Positions 19,023 to 29,476 of a DNA stretch of 64,000 bases are shown one piece after another. The stretch lies in assembly GCA_963807605.1 (NCBI GenBank), contig CAWECG010000003.1, positions 640,001-704,000 of the forward strand, given 5' to 3'. The notes below the pieces were generated by a model. The model had not been told where the DNA came from and did no database searches. It saw nothing but the letters and a program-made list of their open reading frames with translations. A program made the position numbers and the translations under genes. Source of the stretch: Candidatus Bathyarchaeota archaeon. GTDB taxonomy: Archaea; Thermoproteota; Bathyarchaeia; 40CM-2-53-6; RBG-13-38-9. How positions within the stretch are numbered: the first letter of the stretch is position 1; each line of letters starts with the position of its first letter.

Positions 19023-19487
19023 ATGGCCTTGTCCGATGCAACCATCAGGAGACTCGCCGTGATCGGCGAGCTGGGCATAGACCCATTCGACGATTCAAAA
19101 TTGCAGCCTGCAGGCTATGACCTAAGGTCCGCTGAAGAGATTATCTTGAGACCTAAAGAACAAAGACTCGTCGCCACACTTGAACGCATCAAGCTTTCGC
19201 CGAGTCTTTTGGGAATCCTTCACCTCAAGTCTTCATTCGTAAGGGAGGGAATCTTTGCAGGCCTCGCCCTTGTTGATCCGGGCTTCATTGGACAGTTAAC
19301 TGTTTCCCTTCTCAACGTTGGTGAAGAGGCAGTGGAGATCGATCGCGGAGAACCTTTTCTCCAGCTGACTTTCATTCGGCTTACCTCTAAAGCCCAGAGA
19401 CCTTACGGGGGTAAGTATCATGGAAGTATCGGTGTTGTAGGAAGCAAGAGAGCCGATCGCGTTAAGAAATTGGCAAATGGAGCATAG
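19023..19487 (+). CDS. dcd: dCTP deaminase / dUTPase-family protein
   Basis: LSD..I, QPAGYDL, TLERI, KSS..REG, VDPGF.GQLT, PY.GKY. Confidence 0.85.
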   Translation: MALSDATIRRLAVIGELGIDPFDDSKLQPAGYDLRSAEEIILRPKEQRLVATLERIKLSPSLLGILHLKSSFVREGIFAGLALVDPGFIGQLTVSLLNVGEEAVEIDRGEPFLQLTFIRLTSKAQRPYGGKYHGSIGVVGSKRADRVKKLANGA

Positions 19488-19534
19488 AAACTATTATACA
19501 TTTTACACAAGAATGTATAGGATGAGGACTTTTC

Positions 19535-20278
19535 TTGGCAGGTTCGAGGATCACTGATCTTAAGTACAAACTCATGGTCACTGATCTCCTCAACCTTGCC
19601 AAAGACTTCTACACCTATCGTGAACTCTCACAACTGATCGGTCTACCAGAGACCGTCCTGAGCAGATATGTGAAAGGACATGTGCTCCCAACCATCGATA
19701 GAGCCCAAGACATCAACAAGAAGCTAGACAGTATAATGCGTCTGGAGACAGAGATCCAGCGTAGAATAAGATTTGATGACCTAGGCTACTTCGATAATAC
19801 TAAAGTCATCTCCGACACGATGCTTCTTGAACGTGTAGTCCAACAAGTTGTCAATAGATTTGCTGGACAGAGAATAACTAAGATACTTACTCCTGAGACC
19901 GACGGCATACCTCTCGCAACACTCCTAGCTCATAGACTGAGCGTTCCTCTTGTGATAGCCAAGAAGGCCAGAGAAGTTGGTGTTGGAGAATTCATAGAAG
20001 AAGTCTACATACCATCAAAATCGGCGATGATGATGAGCTTCTATGCCCCACGTAGTATGTTCAGAAAGGGTGATTGCGTGCTAATAATCGATGACGTGAT
20101 AGATAGCGGTGAGACTCAGCGAGCACTGATAAGTCTTGTACGCAAGGCCAAGGCTGAAGTCGCGGGCATCTATGCCCTAGTAGCCGTTGGCAATGAATGG
20201 AGGAATAGGATAGAAGAAGTGGCCAACTGCCAAATCGAAGTTGCATATGAAGTACCGCAAAAAATGAGGCATAGCTGA
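19535..20278 (+). CDS. HTH + purine phosphoribosyltransferase-domain protein (PurR/Apt-like)
   Basis: YTYRELSQLIGLPETVLSRYVKGHVLP HTH; VLIIDDVIDSGET. Confidence 0.88.
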   Translation: MAGSRITDLKYKLMVTDLLNLAKDFYTYRELSQLIGLPETVLSRYVKGHVLPTIDRAQDINKKLDSIMRLETEIQRRIRFDDLGYFDNTKVISDTMLLERVVQQVVNRFAGQRITKILTPETDGIPLATLLAHRLSVPLVIAKKAREVGVGEFIEEVYIPSKSAMMMSFYAPRSMFRKGDCVLIIDDVIDSGETQRALISLVRKAKAEVAGIYALVAVGNEWRNRIEEVANCQIEVAYEVPQKMRHS

Positions 20279-20284
20279 ATAAGA

Positions 20285-21340
20285 CTATACGCTCGAAGCA
20301 ATTTGAGCGAATTTCAAGATCCCATCTTGATCTGGCCGATTCAAGACCCCTCTATCAGTTAAGATCGCATCGACCAAATCCAAAGGCGTGAAGTCAAAGG
20401 CTGGATTCAATACCCGAATATTTTTTGGAATTACACGCACGTTCTTTATGAGTCTGATCTCCTCGGGAGGTCTCTCCTCTATCTTGATGTCCTTACTTGA
20501 GTTCGAAACGTCGAAGGTTGACATCGGTGCCGCGACGTAGAAAGGGATCTTGTGGTAGCGTGCTGTGATTGCGAGTGTGTATGTTCCAATCTTGTTGAAG
20601 ACCCCGTCCTTCACAATTCTGTCGGCGCCAACAATCACCTTCTGGACCAATCCCTTTGCCATCACATACCCTATCATCCCATCGGTGATGACTGTCACTG
20701 GTATCCCATCTCTTGAAAGCTCGAAAGCGGTCAGCCGAGCCCCTTGAAGTCTGGGCCTGGTTTCGGAGGCGAAAACTTTGACGTGTTTGCCTTGTTTTAC
20801 GGAGGTTCTGATCGGTGCCAGTGCAGTCCCATAGCCGACGGTGGCCAACGCCCCTGCGTTACAGTGAGTTAGAACGGTATCCCCGTCGGCTATCAACGGA
20901 GCCCCATTCTCACCAATCTTCAGATTGGCTTGCACATCGTCATCGGCCATCTTTATCGCTCTGTCAATGACGGCTTTCTTCAAGACGTTGATCTCACCCG
21001 AGGTCTCCCTTGCAACTTCGAGGATCCTGGAGAGACCCCAAGTGAGATTCACGGCGGTAGGCCTTGTCGCTGTTAATCTGGTTGAGGCTGACTCGAGATC
21101 TTTAAGAAAACTTTCCTTGGTCTTGGCCTTGCTCCTGCAGGCCGCTAAGGCAAGACCCATGGCAGCTGCGACGCCTATTGCAGGTGCTCCGCGGATAACC
21201 ATGTTTTTTATGGCTTCTTCAACTTCCTTTGGGGTTCTGCATATTACATAGGTTAGCTTTTCAGGAACTCGGGTCTGATCAATCATCATGACTGTCCCAT
21301 TGTGCCACTTGACCGTTCTCAGCTCAAAGAAATTCTCCAC
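20285..21340 (-). CDS. mtnA: S-methyl-5-thioribose-1-phosphate isomerase
   Basis: IRGAPAIG, TRPTAVNL, THCNAGALAT..YGTAL, ETRP.LQGARLT, GADRI, NKIGTY, NPAFD.TP. Confidence 0.93.
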   Translation of the reverse strand: MENFFELRTVKWHNGTVMMIDQTRVPEKLTYVICRTPKEVEEAIKNMVIRGAPAIGVAAAMGLALAACRSKAKTKESFLKDLESASTRLTATRPTAVNLTWGLSRILEVARETSGEINVLKKAVIDRAIKMADDDVQANLKIGENGAPLIADGDTVLTHCNAGALATVGYGTALAPIRTSVKQGKHVKVFASETRPRLQGARLTAFELSRDGIPVTVITDGMIGYVMAKGLVQKVIVGADRIVKDGVFNKIGTYTLAITARYHKIPFYVAAPMSTFDVSNSSKDIKIEERPPEEIRLIKNVRVIPKNIRVLNPAFDFTPLDLVDAILTDRGVLNRPDQDGILKFAQIASSV

Positions 21341-21460
21341 CTTGACCCCTTCAGCGGATCCTATTTTTAGTTGACTTGGGCTAATGTGCGCTCAAGAACA
21401 TCTATAACCTACCCTAAATAGGATATTTGTTCCCATCTGATTATCGAATGGTGTAGAAGT

Positions 21461-21988
21461 TTGATCGAGACTATCGAGGGTTACTATAGGAACGGCAAGG
21501 TCTACATTCCAGAAACCGATAGGCTCATAGAGCTTCTTGATCGAGGCTTCGGAACTCGCCGAGATAAGAGGCTTGAACTCTCACCCTACGAGACTTTCTT
21601 CCTGACTGAGAAGGGACGTATAAGAGTTATCGATAAGCATAGCGAAAGCGCAATGTCACTCCATAACCTTGTTGCCAGTTTGTCAATGGGCAAACAAGAG
21701 ATCTGGATAAGATATCTCGTCTATAGAGACCTCAGAGACAGAGGATACATCGTCCGTGAGACCAACAGAGTTGACTTTGAAATTTACGGAAAGGGATCGG
21801 AGAGGCGTCTCGTCTCCATAGTATACGAGGGCCGAGAGGCGAACCTTCAAGATCTCACCACTCTAATAAGATACGCCGCCAAGCAGAGGAAGGAGCTCAT
21901 ACTGGCTGTAATAGACAGAAGGACAGACCTAGTGTACTACTCTATTGGCGAGATAGAGTTTCAGAAGCGTCAGCAGAAACAAGAATGA
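21461..21988 (+). CDS. endA: tRNA-intron endonuclease subunit, probably structural (beta)
   Basis: LSPYE..FL, YLVYRDLRDRGY, RKELILAVID....YY; lacks GxK(F/Y)G and catalytic His. Confidence 0.8.
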   Translation: MIETIEGYYRNGKVYIPETDRLIELLDRGFGTRRDKRLELSPYETFFLTEKGRIRVIDKHSESAMSLHNLVASLSMGKQEIWIRYLVYRDLRDRGYIVRETNRVDFEIYGKGSERRLVSIVYEGREANLQDLTTLIRYAAKQRKELILAVIDRRTDLVYYSIGEIEFQKRQQKQE

Positions 21989-22003
21989 TTTGAGCTGCGG
22001 AAA

Positions 22004-23311
22004 TTGGCTGACCAAACCGGCTTTGCACCTCCAAGAGGGATGAGAGACATTGAGTCAGGTGAAATGGTCAGGCGTCACTGGATGTATGAGAAGATCCAGC
22101 AGACGATGCTGTTGTATGGGTTCCAGATGGTAGAGCCAACGGCTATTGAGACTCTCTCCACTTTAGAGGCAAAATCAGGCCCAGATATCAAAAATGAGAT
22201 CTACTGGTTTGAGGATAAAGCTGGAAGAAAACTCGGCTTGCGGTTCGACCTTACCGTCGGAATGACTAGAATGGTGGCAAATCGCCTCGAACTCCCTGAA
22301 CCCATAAAATTCTGCGCCATTTCTGAGATGTGGAGGTATGATGAGCCACAATTTGCACGATACAGGCATTTCTCTCAATGGGACGCAGAGATCTACGGAT
22401 CCTCCGAGCAAGAGGCTGACGCCGAAGTCATCTGCCTAGGCATGGATATCCTAGATAACCTGGGACTCAAAGACTATGAAGTGCGAATAAGCAACCGAAA
22501 ACTCACTGAAGGATTCCTAAGATCCAAAGGTATAGAGTCAAGAGAGAAGATCGAAGCAACCATTCGAGTGATAGACAAAATAAGAAAACTGTCTAAAGAA
22601 CAGATCATAGAAGAGTTCAGAACTATTGAACTCGACGTAACCATTATCGAGCAGATACTCAGTTTTGCCAGCCTAAGAGGCAAACCGGACCAGATCCTCT
22701 CAGAGAGCTCTGAGCTACTTGGGAAGACGGCTGGAGAGGGTTTTGAGGAGCTTTCCAGACTCGCTGAGATCATACATGGTTTTCAGAGGATTGACCGTTG
22801 CGTCTACGACCTTAGCGTCGTTAGGGGGATAGGCTACTACGACGGAACAGTCTTTGAGGCCTACGATAGCGGTGGTGAAGATATAGGCGCAATCTTCGCG
22901 GGCGGGCGATACGATGGCCTCTGCAGAATCTATGGAAAAAGAGACATGCCAGCAACAGGTGTGGCCGGAGGAATTGAGAGGATGATGATCTCTATGGAAA
23001 GAGCAGGGGTCTTTCCCAAACTGAAAGAGGCGCCTGAAGTATTCGTTGTAGCGGTCAATGACATGGTCAGAAGAGAGTGCTGGAACATAACTCAGCAACT
23101 AAGGAGGGACGGTCTCTCCGCAGACTTTGATTTGAAGAGGCGCTCCCTCAAGAAACAGCTCGAGTACATAGACTCAACCAAGATACCCTATGCCGTAATC
23201 GTGGGACAGAGAGAGCTTGAGAAAGGCACAGTAAAGCTGAGGGACATGGTCCAACGTTCAGAAACGGAAGCAAGCCTAAACGAAGCTATTAGAGCCATAA
23301 GGAAGACATGA
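22004..23311 (+). CDS. hisS: Histidine--tRNA ligase
   Basis: PRGMRD, LRFDLT, WRYDEPQ..RYR.F.Q, RGIGYYDG, GGRYD. Confidence 0.97.
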   Translation: MADQTGFAPPRGMRDIESGEMVRRHWMYEKIQQTMLLYGFQMVEPTAIETLSTLEAKSGPDIKNEIYWFEDKAGRKLGLRFDLTVGMTRMVANRLELPEPIKFCAISEMWRYDEPQFARYRHFSQWDAEIYGSSEQEADAEVICLGMDILDNLGLKDYEVRISNRKLTEGFLRSKGIESREKIEATIRVIDKIRKLSKEQIIEEFRTIELDVTIIEQILSFASLRGKPDQILSESSELLGKTAGEGFEELSRLAEIIHGFQRIDRCVYDLSVVRGIGYYDGTVFEAYDSGGEDIGAIFAGGRYDGLCRIYGKRDMPATGVAGGIERMMISMERAGVFPKLKEAPEVFVVAVNDMVRRECWNITQQLRRDGLSADFDLKRRSLKKQLEYIDSTKIPYAVIVGQRELEKGTVKLRDMVQRSETEASLNEAIRAIRKT

Positions 23312-23583
23312 CGGCACCTGAAAGCTTTTGAGTGAGAAATGCTCGCTCTTCAAGAATCCCATCAAGGAATGCATCTGCCGTCCATAGTGCGGCTATGGCT
23401 TCCCTCGAGATTGAGGGAAACCTAGTGCCTGTTCTACCTGACAAAGATCAAACCCAAGAATGACCCGACAGAAAAACCCAAATGAAGAGCGCGCTAGCAG
23501 CCTAGTTCTCGGCATGCAGAATTCAAAAAGCATCATAACTTTTTAATCCTAGAACCTTCGGCAAGTGTATTCACGATGTTCAG

Positions 23584-23847
23584 GTGATCCAAGTGAACGT
23601 CTCTCCCGACATGAAACAGGAGGTTCATCTTTTTCTACGCAGTTACACAGGCTACTTGGAGTCAGTGAAGCCTCAACAGCTCTACGTTTCACTCGTCGAA
23701 AAATCGAGAGATTTGGCCGAACTTGACGAAGCAGTTGAGAAAACAATCGCAGATGCTAAAGCTAGAAGCGATTATCGACTCGCAGAGACAATAATGAGTC
23801 TGCACCAAAGGATAAGACGTAACTACTTTCAGATCACTGGCTCTTGA
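23584..23847 (+). CDS. Hypothetical helical protein (87 aa)
   Basis: Open frame with protein-like composition, TATA-like TTTTTAA near 23540. Confidence 0.6.
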   Translation: MIQVNVSPDMKQEVHLFLRSYTGYLESVKPQQLYVSLVEKSRDLAELDEAVEKTIADAKARSDYRLAETIMSLHQRIRRNYFQITGS

Positions 23848-24369
23848 TAACATCATCGCAGACGAACAGTGGATTGCAGAGAGAACTATCCAGACACCGA
23901 AGACGCAAGCATTTCCGTCACATGCTCAGATACTTTCTATGGTTTTGACTATTCTCGGAGATAGTTCTTCGCTAGAGTGTGCCTTCAGCATATCTTTGGC
24001 TTAATCTCTTGATCATGCCTTTAGTCATGCTCTAAGTCGAATTCTGGCTTCCAATTCCATTCTGCTCGAGCAGCATAGTTATCAATGGAGATTGGCCAGC
24101 GCGCGCTATTCAGCCACCAATTCTATCCCATATGCACTCGTGAAGGACCAACATAATCTCGGTTTTCCTGGAAAGGTGAAACGTTTGTTTCACCAAAGCT
24201 TCTGAAGAATCTGCTACTTCTAGGAACTTCAATTTCTCAAATGGATCGTTGCACTGATTGATTTTCTACGCGTGCGGAAGGTCTCTGTACGTCATTCCAA
24301 ACAAGCAATATAAGAGCTGATGATAAATGAACATCTTACCAACAAATCTTTGGGAGCAGATAAATCACA

Positions 24370-25761
24370 ATGAGCACTGAAGGGGGAGACAACCAGCGGA
24401 TAAGAACAACAGTGAATGAGGCCAAGCTGATAGACACACACGAGCATTTACAGCGAGAGGATAACAGGATCAAAGGAGAAGTAGACGTTCTATCGACTTT
24501 ATTTCTCCAGTATGCTTCATCCGACCTGATCTCTTCAGGGCTCACCTATCCCGAGTACCAGTCAATCCTTGATCCTAAACAGCCACTCGAAAAACGATGG
24601 GAGATATTGTCTCCTTTCTGGGAGCGAATCCAAAACACGGCTTATGCTCGATCGCTGAACGTCGCGTGCCGAGATCTATACGGCGATGAACTCAATGAGA
24701 AGACTTACCAGCAGATTAGCAGACGCATGAAAGAAGCAAATAAGAAAGGGCTCTACAGGTGGATTCTCAAAGAGAAGGCTGGAATCGAGATATCCCTTCA
24801 GGATACGCTCCTGAAACCTGAAACCTACGCGTTCTGGAATACACCGTCTGTGGCCAAACTTCTCGATGTTGACAGGGAGTTTTTCATACCAGTTCATAGA
24901 TTCCAGGACTTTCTGCTCATTCAGGATCGTAGCGATATTGAGGGCATCGCGCATCGACTAGGCAGAAGCATACACACGCTGCGAGACTTGGTCAAGAACC
25001 TGGAGATGGAATTCCGCGAAATTTCCTCGACTATTGCAGCGGTCAAGCTCTGGGTCGGATACAGGCGCTCATTAAGGTTTGAGAAGATCACCTTCTGTGA
25101 AGCTGAGAAAATCTTCAACGAGATCTTCTCTCAAACGAGCTTTGACAGACTGGACACTGATAGCGTCAGAATTACCGTTCCAGAAGACCTCTCCCTCGAT
25201 GAAGCCAAGCCACTCCACGACTTCATGACTCATAAACTGATACAACTTGCAGGCGAATACTCAGTGCCAGTCCAGATTCACACAGGATATCATGAAGGAA
25301 ATGAGAACCTCCTAGCAAACACAAACCCGCTTAATCTGACCAATCTATTCATGGAGTACAAGAACGTCAAGTTCGATCTCTTCCACGGCGGATACCCATA
25401 TGTAAGCGAGTGCGCTGCTCTTGCCAAGACCTTTCCAAACGTTTATCTGGACTTGGTATGGCTTCACATCATCTCCCCGCATGTTGCAAGAGAAGCGCTC
25501 TACGAATGGCTCGATACCGTTCCGGTTAACAAGATACTAGGTTTCGGCGGTGACTACGTCTTTGTGGAGGGAGCCTACGGCAACTCGGTCATTTCAAGGG
25601 ATAACATCGCGAGAGTACTGATCCGCAAAGTGGAGGAGAAGGACCTGCGGGTTGAGGAGGCAATCAAGTTCGCTAAGAGAATGCTCAGAGAGAACGCAAA
25701 GACTCTGTTCCTAGACAGACTCGGAATCTCTCAAACAAAGCTTGGGATTGGGAAATCCTGA
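24370..25761 (+). CDS. Amidohydrolase-superfamily protein (uronate isomerase-like)
   Basis: IDTHEH, QIHTG, LFHGGYP, NKILGFGGD. Confidence 0.88.
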   Translation: MSTEGGDNQRIRTTVNEAKLIDTHEHLQREDNRIKGEVDVLSTLFLQYASSDLISSGLTYPEYQSILDPKQPLEKRWEILSPFWERIQNTAYARSLNVACRDLYGDELNEKTYQQISRRMKEANKKGLYRWILKEKAGIEISLQDTLLKPETYAFWNTPSVAKLLDVDREFFIPVHRFQDFLLIQDRSDIEGIAHRLGRSIHTLRDLVKNLEMEFREISSTIAAVKLWVGYRRSLRFEKITFCEAEKIFNEIFSQTSFDRLDTDSVRITVPEDLSLDEAKPLHDFMTHKLIQLAGEYSVPVQIHTGYHEGNENLLANTNPLNLTNLFMEYKNVKFDLFHGGYPYVSECAALAKTFPNVYLDLVWLHIISPHVAREALYEWLDTVPVNKILGFGGDYVFVEGAYGNSVISRDNIARVLIRKVEEKDLRVEEAIKFAKRMLRENAKTLFLDRLGISQTKLGIGKS

Positions 25762-25888
25762 CAATTCCTCTATCGTACATTCTTTACATAAACTGGCGCC
25801 AACTCAAAAGGCACTAATAATCGTTCAAGATCCGACGGGAAAAGAGTTTAATGATCCTTAGAGGGAAGAGAATCTACGAGGTGTTTGA

Positions 25889-27082
25889 ATGCCGCCTGTT
25901 AAGATTCTCGACGACATATACTGGGTTGGCGCGGTGGACTGGGATTTAAGGCACTTCCACGGTTACACCTTCTCTATCCATCGCGGAACAACCTACAATA
26001 GTTACCTGATTATGGACGACAAGATCGCTCTTGTCGATAGTGTTTATGGTCCCTTCGCAAAAGAGCTGATAGAAAAGATCAGCGAAATAGTCCCACCCGA
26101 GAAGATTGACTATGTGATCGCTAACCATGTCGAGACGGACCATTCGGGCGCAATATCTGAGGTTATGAAGCTCGCCCCGAAAGCTAAGGTAGTTGGGACA
26201 GCCAGATGTAAACAGGGACTTTCCAAACATTACTTCGTCGATTGGGATTTTCAGGTTGTGAAGACTGGTGATGAGATAAATCTTGGTCGAAGAACTCTCA
26301 GATTCATTGAGGCTCCGATGCTACACTGGCCTGACAGCATGTTCACCTACATAGAGAAGGATGCTTTGCTGTTGCCGAACGATGCGTTTGGGCAACACCT
26401 AGCATCTTCGAAACGTTTCGATGATGAGAACGACGAAAACGTCATAATGACGGAGGCGGCGAAGTACTACGCCAATATCCTCTGGCCGCTCAGCGGCTTA
26501 GTACTAAGAAAGATCGATGAGATTCAGAAGCAGAACATCAAGATTAACATGATAGCGCCGAGTCACGGGATCATCTGGCGCAGCGACCCCATGAAGATTG
26601 TCAAAGCATACCTACACTGGGCAAAGGGAGAGGCTGAGAAGCGAATAGTAGTTATCTACGATACTATGTGGGGGAGCACGGAGAAGATGGCCAAGGCAAT
26701 AGTTGAAGGAATCTCAAGCCTGAATGTTGAGACAAAAATACTCAGAATACCGCAGTCAGATCGCGGAGACATCATTGCGGACCTGCTTGAGGCAAAGGGG
26801 GTACTTGTAGGGTCATCTACAATCAATAATAGTATTCTACCTACAGTAGCTCCCATCTTGGAAGACCTCAAAGGCCTGAAACCAGTAGGAAAGATTGCTG
26901 CGGCCTTCGGCTCTTATGGATGGGCTGGAGGATCGGTAAGAACAATTGAGGAAACATTCAAACAGGCCGGAATGACAACGGCATTGCCTGGATTGGCTAT
27001 TAACTGGGTTCCCAACAAACTAGAGATCAAGAAATGCTTCGACTTCGGAAGAGAATTTGCCGGAAAAATCGCAGCGCTGTGA
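25889..27082 (+). CDS. fprA: Flavodiiron protein (FprA/type A flavoprotein)
   Basis: GTTYNSY, NHVETDHSG, HWPDSM, DAFGQH, PSHG, flavodoxin domain TMWGST, FGSYGW. Confidence 0.95.
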   Translation: MPPVKILDDIYWVGAVDWDLRHFHGYTFSIHRGTTYNSYLIMDDKIALVDSVYGPFAKELIEKISEIVPPEKIDYVIANHVETDHSGAISEVMKLAPKAKVVGTARCKQGLSKHYFVDWDFQVVKTGDEINLGRRTLRFIEAPMLHWPDSMFTYIEKDALLLPNDAFGQHLASSKRFDDENDENVIMTEAAKYYANILWPLSGLVLRKIDEIQKQNIKINMIAPSHGIIWRSDPMKIVKAYLHWAKGEAEKRIVVIYDTMWGSTEKMAKAIVEGISSLNVETKILRIPQSDRGDIIADLLEAKGVLVGSSTINNSILPTVAPILEDLKGLKPVGKIAAAFGSYGWAGGSVRTIEETFKQAGMTTALPGLAINWVPNKLEIKKCFDFGREFAGKIAAL

Positions 27083-27292
27083 TCTTGCCAAGCAGTTTTC
27101 CTAGTTAATGATTGAACTGTCTAGTGTGCTAGCGAGCCCTCCGTCGAACGCGCGCGTCGCTATCCGGAACATGAGATCTGAGTATGCCTAGAACTTCAGA
27201 CTAGCCGGTTGAGGTGTAGAGTAGAACACTAATTTATCTAAGAGGTCTATTGATTTTGAAGCACTGTCAAAGCTCCTTGCGAGATTCTTTCA

Positions 27293-28354
27293 ATGCAACC
27301 AGTAATCCTTCACGTAGACTTGGATTCATTCTACGCTTCCGTGGAGGAGCTGCGCAACAAAGAGATTAAGGGAAAACCTGTTGTAATCTGCGTCTTCTCT
27401 GGTCGATCGGCGGATAGCGGAGCCGTCAGTACTGCCAACTACAAGGCTCGAGAGTTGGGGATAAGGGCAGGGATGCCGATCGTATTCGCGAGGCGCCTTG
27501 CCAAGGACAAGGATGTTGCATTTCTACCAATGGACATTGAGTACTACCGCACTGTCTCTGAAAGGATAATGACAATTCTTGAGGAGGAGGCTGATGCCAC
27601 CCAGCAGGCGAGTATCGATGAAGCCTATCTGGACGTTACATCGAGGTCTGAAGGGAGTTGGGAGAAAGCACTGAAGATAGCGGATAAGATTAAGAGAAGA
27701 ATAAACGAGGAGGAGAAGCTTACCTGTTCAATAGGCGTAGGTCCAAACAAACTCGTGGCAAAGATGGCTTCAAGCTTCAAGAAGCCAGATGGCCTGACAA
27801 TTGTAAGGGAGACGGAGGTACAGAAATTCTTTGAACACCTGTCTCTTATTGATATTCATGGAATCGGAAGCAAGACCGCCGAAGCACTAGACGAACTAGG
27901 AATAAGAACAACGAAAGAATTAGCAAGCGCTGATTTGAAGATACTTGAAGCGACGTTCGGGAAGAACAAGGCAAGGCTGCTTCAAGACAAAGCACAAGGT
28001 ATAGACGAGTCTTCTGTCGAGCAGACAGAACCCCAACAGATATCACGTATCGGAACTCTGAAAGAGGACACTGACAGCCTAGAGACGATACTGCAGAAGA
28101 TCAGCGAACTTGCAGTGGACATGAAGGCAAAGATAGAAAAGAAGAAAGTAACATTCAGGACAATTTCAATAATCACAATAGACACTACCCTTAAAGCCCA
28201 AACAAAGAGTGAGACTATCCAGCAGACAGATGACCTCGAAACAATAGTGCGAGTAGCAAGATCTCTGTTGGAAATGTTCTTTGAAGATAACCCAGGGAAG
28301 AAACTACGAAGAGTTGGAATACGTGTCTCTAACCTTAGGCGAAAAGAAGGTTGA
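27293..28354 (+). CDS. dinB: Y-family DNA polymerase IV (Dbh/Dpo4)
   Basis: HVDLDSFYASVE, TANYKAR..GI, SIDEAYLD, KPDG, little-finger RRVGIRVS. Confidence 0.95.
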   Translation: MQPVILHVDLDSFYASVEELRNKEIKGKPVVICVFSGRSADSGAVSTANYKARELGIRAGMPIVFARRLAKDKDVAFLPMDIEYYRTVSERIMTILEEEADATQQASIDEAYLDVTSRSEGSWEKALKIADKIKRRINEEEKLTCSIGVGPNKLVAKMASSFKKPDGLTIVRETEVQKFFEHLSLIDIHGIGSKTAEALDELGIRTTKELASADLKILEATFGKNKARLLQDKAQGIDESSVEQTEPQQISRIGTLKEDTDSLETILQKISELAVDMKAKIEKKKVTFRTISIITIDTTLKAQTKSETIQQTDDLETIVRVARSLLEMFFEDNPGKKLRRVGIRVSNLRRKEG

Positions 28355-28448
28355 GAAATCCCCGGAAGCCTGGACAAGTTTCTAAATTGAGAGGACGAAG
28401 ATCCAATTTCGTGTACTGACTCACATATCGAGGGGGAACAGTCAGCTT

Positions 28449-28766
28449 CTAGCCTGGGAAGAGGTATGGTAATGATTGGGCAGCAGACGGGGGCATACCT
28501 TTTTTTCGTTTGGCTGTATGATGATAAGCTTTGACTTTCTTAACCATTAAGATGCCTGATTGCGATATTACGTTGTAGCTTTCGGGTGCAAGTTTATTCA
28601 AAGACTGTCTCAGAGCCCCTCTGACCACAGAGTTTGACAGCACTTTATCGATCTCTATCTTCTTGTGATGTGCTTTGAGGGTCGTCTGCAGTTTCTTCTG
28701 TAGAATTCCAGTAAGATCTTCTATGTCGCCCTCAAATTCCGAGGCATCGATCTCCAAGTTCGTCAC
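28449..28766 (-). CDS. Small basic protein, possible ribosomal eL22-like homolog
   Basis: IDASE...L..IL.KK...KIEI...S...VR..LR..L.K...Y.VIS pattern recalls archaeal eL22-like proteins; by eye only. Confidence 0.45.
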   Translation of the reverse strand: MTNLEIDASEFEGDIEDLTGILQKKLQTTLKAHHKKIEIDKVLSNSVVRGALRQSLNKLAPESYNVISQSGILMVKKVKAYHHTAKRKKGMPPSAAQSLPYLFPG

Positions 28767-28862
28767 ACCTGTTAAGATTGATCAGTCTCTAGGATAACAA
28801 GTTTAGCATGTGAATGGCTCTTAACCATCTCTAATACGGCTAAGACGCAAATGAATATCTGA

Positions 28863-29441
28863 TTACGTGCGAATTAATTCCCCCGTCGTTCTGTCAAGCT
28901 TAGCCGGCGGATAGATGATGCGCGTGCCATCCACCTGAGCCCAAGGCGTAATATTATGGGGTTGACGACCGGTCAGGCCCATAATGTGTTCAACTCTGAT
29001 ACCTCGTATGGTCAACGCGTCCGCGATTAGGAGGCGATGGCACCGCCAAGGAACAGCCTCCGCACACATCACTGTGATCTGCTCACGCCTCGCCAGACGA
29101 ATCAGTACTTGTAGATTTTCCTCAAACTCGTTATTCTGCATGTAGTCGGCAAAACCTCGAAAGGAGGAGTTACGCCAACCCATGTTCATCGAATCGGGTC
29201 TGGGATGACGCAGGCCGCCAAGACCTGGAAGATGTATGTAACCTATGTCTGCTGCGGCTAGGTTAGCAGGGAGGGTTTCCTGATTGAATTGTGGAACGTG
29301 ACGGGAGCGCGGCACAGTACGTACGTCCACAACCGTTCTCACAGCGTGTGCTTGCAGGAGACGAGTGAAATCCTCCAGTGTCCGTGTGGAATGTCCAACA
29401 GTCAAGATTGTTATGCCCTGCGTTTCATGAGAGAGACTCAT
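28863..29441 (-). CDS. DUF488-family protein
   Basis: TVGHST, VDVR..P.SR, LGG.R, MCAE...WRCHR.LIAD. Confidence 0.92.
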   Translation of the reverse strand: MSLSHETQGITILTVGHSTRTLEDFTRLLQAHAVRTVVDVRTVPRSRHVPQFNQETLPANLAAADIGYIHLPGLGGLRHPRPDSMNMGWRNSSFRGFADYMQNNEFEENLQVLIRLARREQITVMCAEAVPWRCHRLLIADALTIRGIRVEHIMGLTGRQPHNITPWAQVDGTRIIYPPAKLDRTTGELIRT

Positions 29442-29464
29442 TTCAGGCGCTCCTCCGATACGGC

Positions 29465-29476
29465 TAGCGCGCGCTA
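29465..29476. repeat. Perfect TAGCGCGCGCTA palindrome overlapping exonuclease stop codon
   Basis: CTAGCGCGCGCTAG 29464-29477. Confidence 0.9.
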
